This document shows positions 61,020 to 64,000 of a stretch of 64,000 bases of DNA, one piece after another. A program made the translations under genes and the position numbers. Numbering within the stretch: the first letter of the stretch is position 1; every line of letters starts with the position of its first letter. The notes under the pieces were generated by a model, which ran no database searches, was not told the origin of the DNA, and was given only the letters and a program-made list of their open reading frames with translations. Origin of the DNA: Toensbergia leucococca (lineage: Eukaryota); NCBI GenBank assembly GCA_022813965.1, contig JALDZS010000016.1:62001-126000 (forward strand), given 5' to 3'.

Positions 61020-62921
61020 TCAAGCAGTCTGCTTGCCAAATCCGAGTCCAATGATATCGAATACAACCGGGCCACCCTCGACGGCAATCAACGCGATGCC
61101 TGAAGAAATAATGAGCAATCAGAGTATATCATAAGAAAGGTTTGAAATCGTACCGGCATATACAATGAGCTTAGTGATCACCTCTACATCGTACCTTACC
61201 CTAGGCTTCTCAAGGTTTGAAAACATTTCTCTTTCTTCCTTTTCATATCGCCTTCGATCCTCGCTTCCGCGATGGCTGTTACTACCATCTATGGCCTTTT
61301 CGCTATTTGGGGTGAGTGGGGTATATAGAACTGGGTCAGTCCCCAACATCTGCCGGTAAAGATCCACATTAGATGAAGCTGGCGTAGGTAGTAATCCAGA
61401 AATGGGTGGTTTATCAGATGAATGATCAGATGTGTTCATCCCAAAGTAGCCTGGTGAATCATTCTTGAGATTGCCTCTAAAGTCAGCAGTAGTATTGGCT
61501 GCAAACGATGAAGCATCTTCTTTACGTCGTTTTTCGCGGTAGGCCATTGTCTCATAAGCATCCGCCTCTGATTGAGGCCCGACCGATACAGAGCGAGTAC
61601 GTCGTGGATGGCGCATTGATGTAAGTAGCGAGGGAATCTCCGAGACAGATGGCATCATGTCGTCGTCCTTGAGATGCTTCGGCACTCGTTTGTATTCTCT
61701 ATGCTGACGTTAGTGGACATTTTTACTCGCACTCCATGATACCTTACGATGCTTGGACGAAGAATTTTCTAGGCAGGCTCAGCCCAAGCTTTTCAACAAC
61801 GCGAAAGACAGGTGGTAACAATCTGAGCAGAGTCGGCTTCATGACTTCCCGCCAGGCGAGAATCATGACGATACCAACTGCAATGCGTGCAATCGTCTTC
61901 GGCCATCCTAAGACTTCCAGCTGGAAAGGTGTTGTCGCAGGGACTGGAAAGTCCCACGCAAGCCCGCTATGGGAATAATGCCAATAACCCAATTCAGCAC
62001 CTATAGCCACACCTGCAAAGGCAACGCTATCATCAAAGCATGGGCAATCATCTGCAGGTTCGGGATGAACTCGGACAAGCAAGAGAATGATCAGAGTCAC
62101 AATTATGGGCGCAGTAAAGGAGCCTGTGTAGATGAAATGATCAAGAGCGTCACCATAGAACCACTGCACCAAGGACAGTATAGCTCCGAGCACACTTCCA
62201 ATGAAAACGTCGAAAAAGCCATGCATACCACAGTAGAGCCTTCCAAGGACGATTGAAGTTGTGTAAACGAACAAGAGGACCTCCAGGATAAGCTTGACTT
62301 TAGGATGGGTCATTGAATCGGGTGAGTTCAGTGCAAACAGCGAGTAGACAACTACTGATAGAGCGTTGGTTGAATGTGTGGAAGGAAAGCCGTATTCTAG
62401 CGCAGCAGATCTTGACATTGATATTCTGTAAAGTGGAGGCGAGAGTGGACGTGGCAAGCACAGGAGATCCTTCAGAACCCCAGTGAAGAATACGCCGGAT
62501 GCCAGTGTATGTATCATCCTATACTTCTGTCAGTTCGGCCACAATCCAAAGACGGGAGCTAGCAAACACTCTGAAAAGGTTTGTATATCCACACCAAGCC
62601 AGCAATGGCAAGGCTAACATGAAGAACGTGTGTGTTCCCAGATTGGCAGTGATTGCAAAATAGGAGTCTAGCGCAGGGCAGCGGACCTTTTCCTGCACAC
62701 TGGCGAGATACTGTGTTTCCCAGCGTACGAGAGAGATAAGGGCTTGTCTTGTCCTGTATCGCCAAGCGGGCAGCTTGTTCCTGTCTATACATCATGTCAG
62801 AAAATGAGTGGTAGAGCTGAGCTAGCACCTCCATACAATGATTTAGACTCCTGAGTCCTGCATCAGGCTTATCCATAGTCTGAGGTGTGCAGGGTGGTGA
62901 TTGCCCTTTCTCTGAGGCCAT
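61020..62921 (-). CDS. LCB3: PAP2-family long-chain base (dihydrosphingosine)-1-phosphate phosphatase; 5 exons
   Basis: KDLLCLPRP, EYGFPSTHS, GRLYCGMHGFFD, HPEPADDCPCFDDSVAF and RVRYDVEVITKLIVYAG. Confidence 0.92.
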
Positions 62922-63273
62922 CTTTGAATGTGCGTGAACGTTGTCGCGAAGTCAATTAGAATCACATGTGTGGATTCTCTCTCTGTAATTGATAGGCTGA
63001 AGTGGACACAGCTTCGAGAAGTGCAATTACAGGTAGAAGCCAGAAGAATTGGAATACGAAGGTAAGATATATCCGGAATTAATGAACGCGTGCAGGAGTG
63101 CCAAGGAGCTCGCTAGTTCTAAAAGTGCGATGCTTTTCATCTTGCTCATTGCAATTCTTTCATTCCTCGATTATTCCACGGAGCTGCCATTATGCATTGA
63201 CAACACCATCTTCAAACATGACATCAACGGATTGTGCAGTCCTGGCAAAAGACTTCTAGGAGTTGGAGCAAAA

Positions 63274-63386
63274 TGAAAAGGAGGGGATTCGAACCCCTGC
63301 ATCTTTCGATACGCGAATACTAACTGCTAAGCAGTCCAAGAATCTAGACTTGAGTCGCGCGCCTTAGACCGCTCGGCCACCTTTCC
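63274..63386 (-). tRNA. tRNA-Leu(CAA) with 31-nt intron (63318-63348)
   Basis: GGAAAGG/CCTTTTC acceptor stem, TGGCCGAGCGGTCTAAGG D arm, CGCGA-CT-CAA-G...T-TCGCG anticodon arm, long variable arm and GGTTCGAATCC T loop, followed by a T4 Pol III terminator. Confidence 0.95.
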
Positions 63387-64000
63387 AATGGATAATGATA
63401 AAAGACCTTATTTGATAATTTGAACTGCATCCTTTTGAAAAGTGTTGGTTTGGAGATATGGGCAGGAAGCCTCCTATCTACCACGAACCCTATGATTTTC
63501 AATTTTCAATTTTCAATCCATAACATTTACAAGGCCTTGCTCACATGCGGATACGTACAGCCTGTTGTCTGTTCATGGTTACTGAGTACATAAGATCCTC
63601 ACCTGATGGAACATCTCAACTCTCAAGAGTATAATCGACTATCTAGGCTTATCACAATTATACACTTATCCTTGATACTTTCCTTCGGATATTCTACAAG
63701 ATCAGCTTCAACTTAAAGGTGACTAGCAAGAAGTTGGAGGAGAAAGGTCAAAAGGAGCAGCTCCTATTCGTACCAAAAACTGTGGGATAGAAACTGTTCC
63801 AGAGAGACAAAGTGTGTGTGCGCATGGCGAGGGTAATTTCCCAGCCTATGCTTTAAAGATGCGTAAAGATAGCAGAGCCTCCTGATAGAATTCTTATAGT
63901 AAGTTTGAGAGAATTCGAGTGATTGTTCTGGGCAGTCGGAAAGCTTGTTCAGACGAAGTATGAGCAACGAAGATCGCACAAAGAAAAAAGAGGCGAAAAA

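Overview
Eukaryotic, intron-containing genomic DNA from a filamentous ascomycete (Pezizomycotina). This is inferred from short GT-AG introns with CTRAY branch points and fungal-type proteins; the exact taxon cannot be fixed from the sequence. About 22 protein-coding genes can be reconstructed by hand: CPR, TAO3/PAG1, a glycosyltransferase-like membrane protein, MLH1, two GNAT acetyltransferases, IDI1, a DUF202 protein, a MATE transporter, RPA2, DBP10, peroxisomal Lon, mitochondrial uL23 (MRP20), two uncharacterised proteins, an FAD monooxygenase, ALG2, EME1/MMS4, TYW2, SSP120 and LCB3. There is also one intron-containing tRNA-Leu(CAA). An accessory block at about 36-51 kb holds unknown genes, pseudogene relics, a 24-bp minisatellite and a hypermutated AT-rich relic. 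The most unusual signal is a recurring C-rich-then-G-rich strand-composition switch of about 0.3-1.5 kb. It occurs regardless of gene orientation and visibly reshapes protein sequences. Two probable GC-AG introns, two in-frame stopless introns and candidate FarA and MCB promoter motifs were also found. No CRISPR array, rRNA or intact transposon was seen, and no novel multi-gene system can be demonstrated. All family calls are from motif recognition, not database searches.
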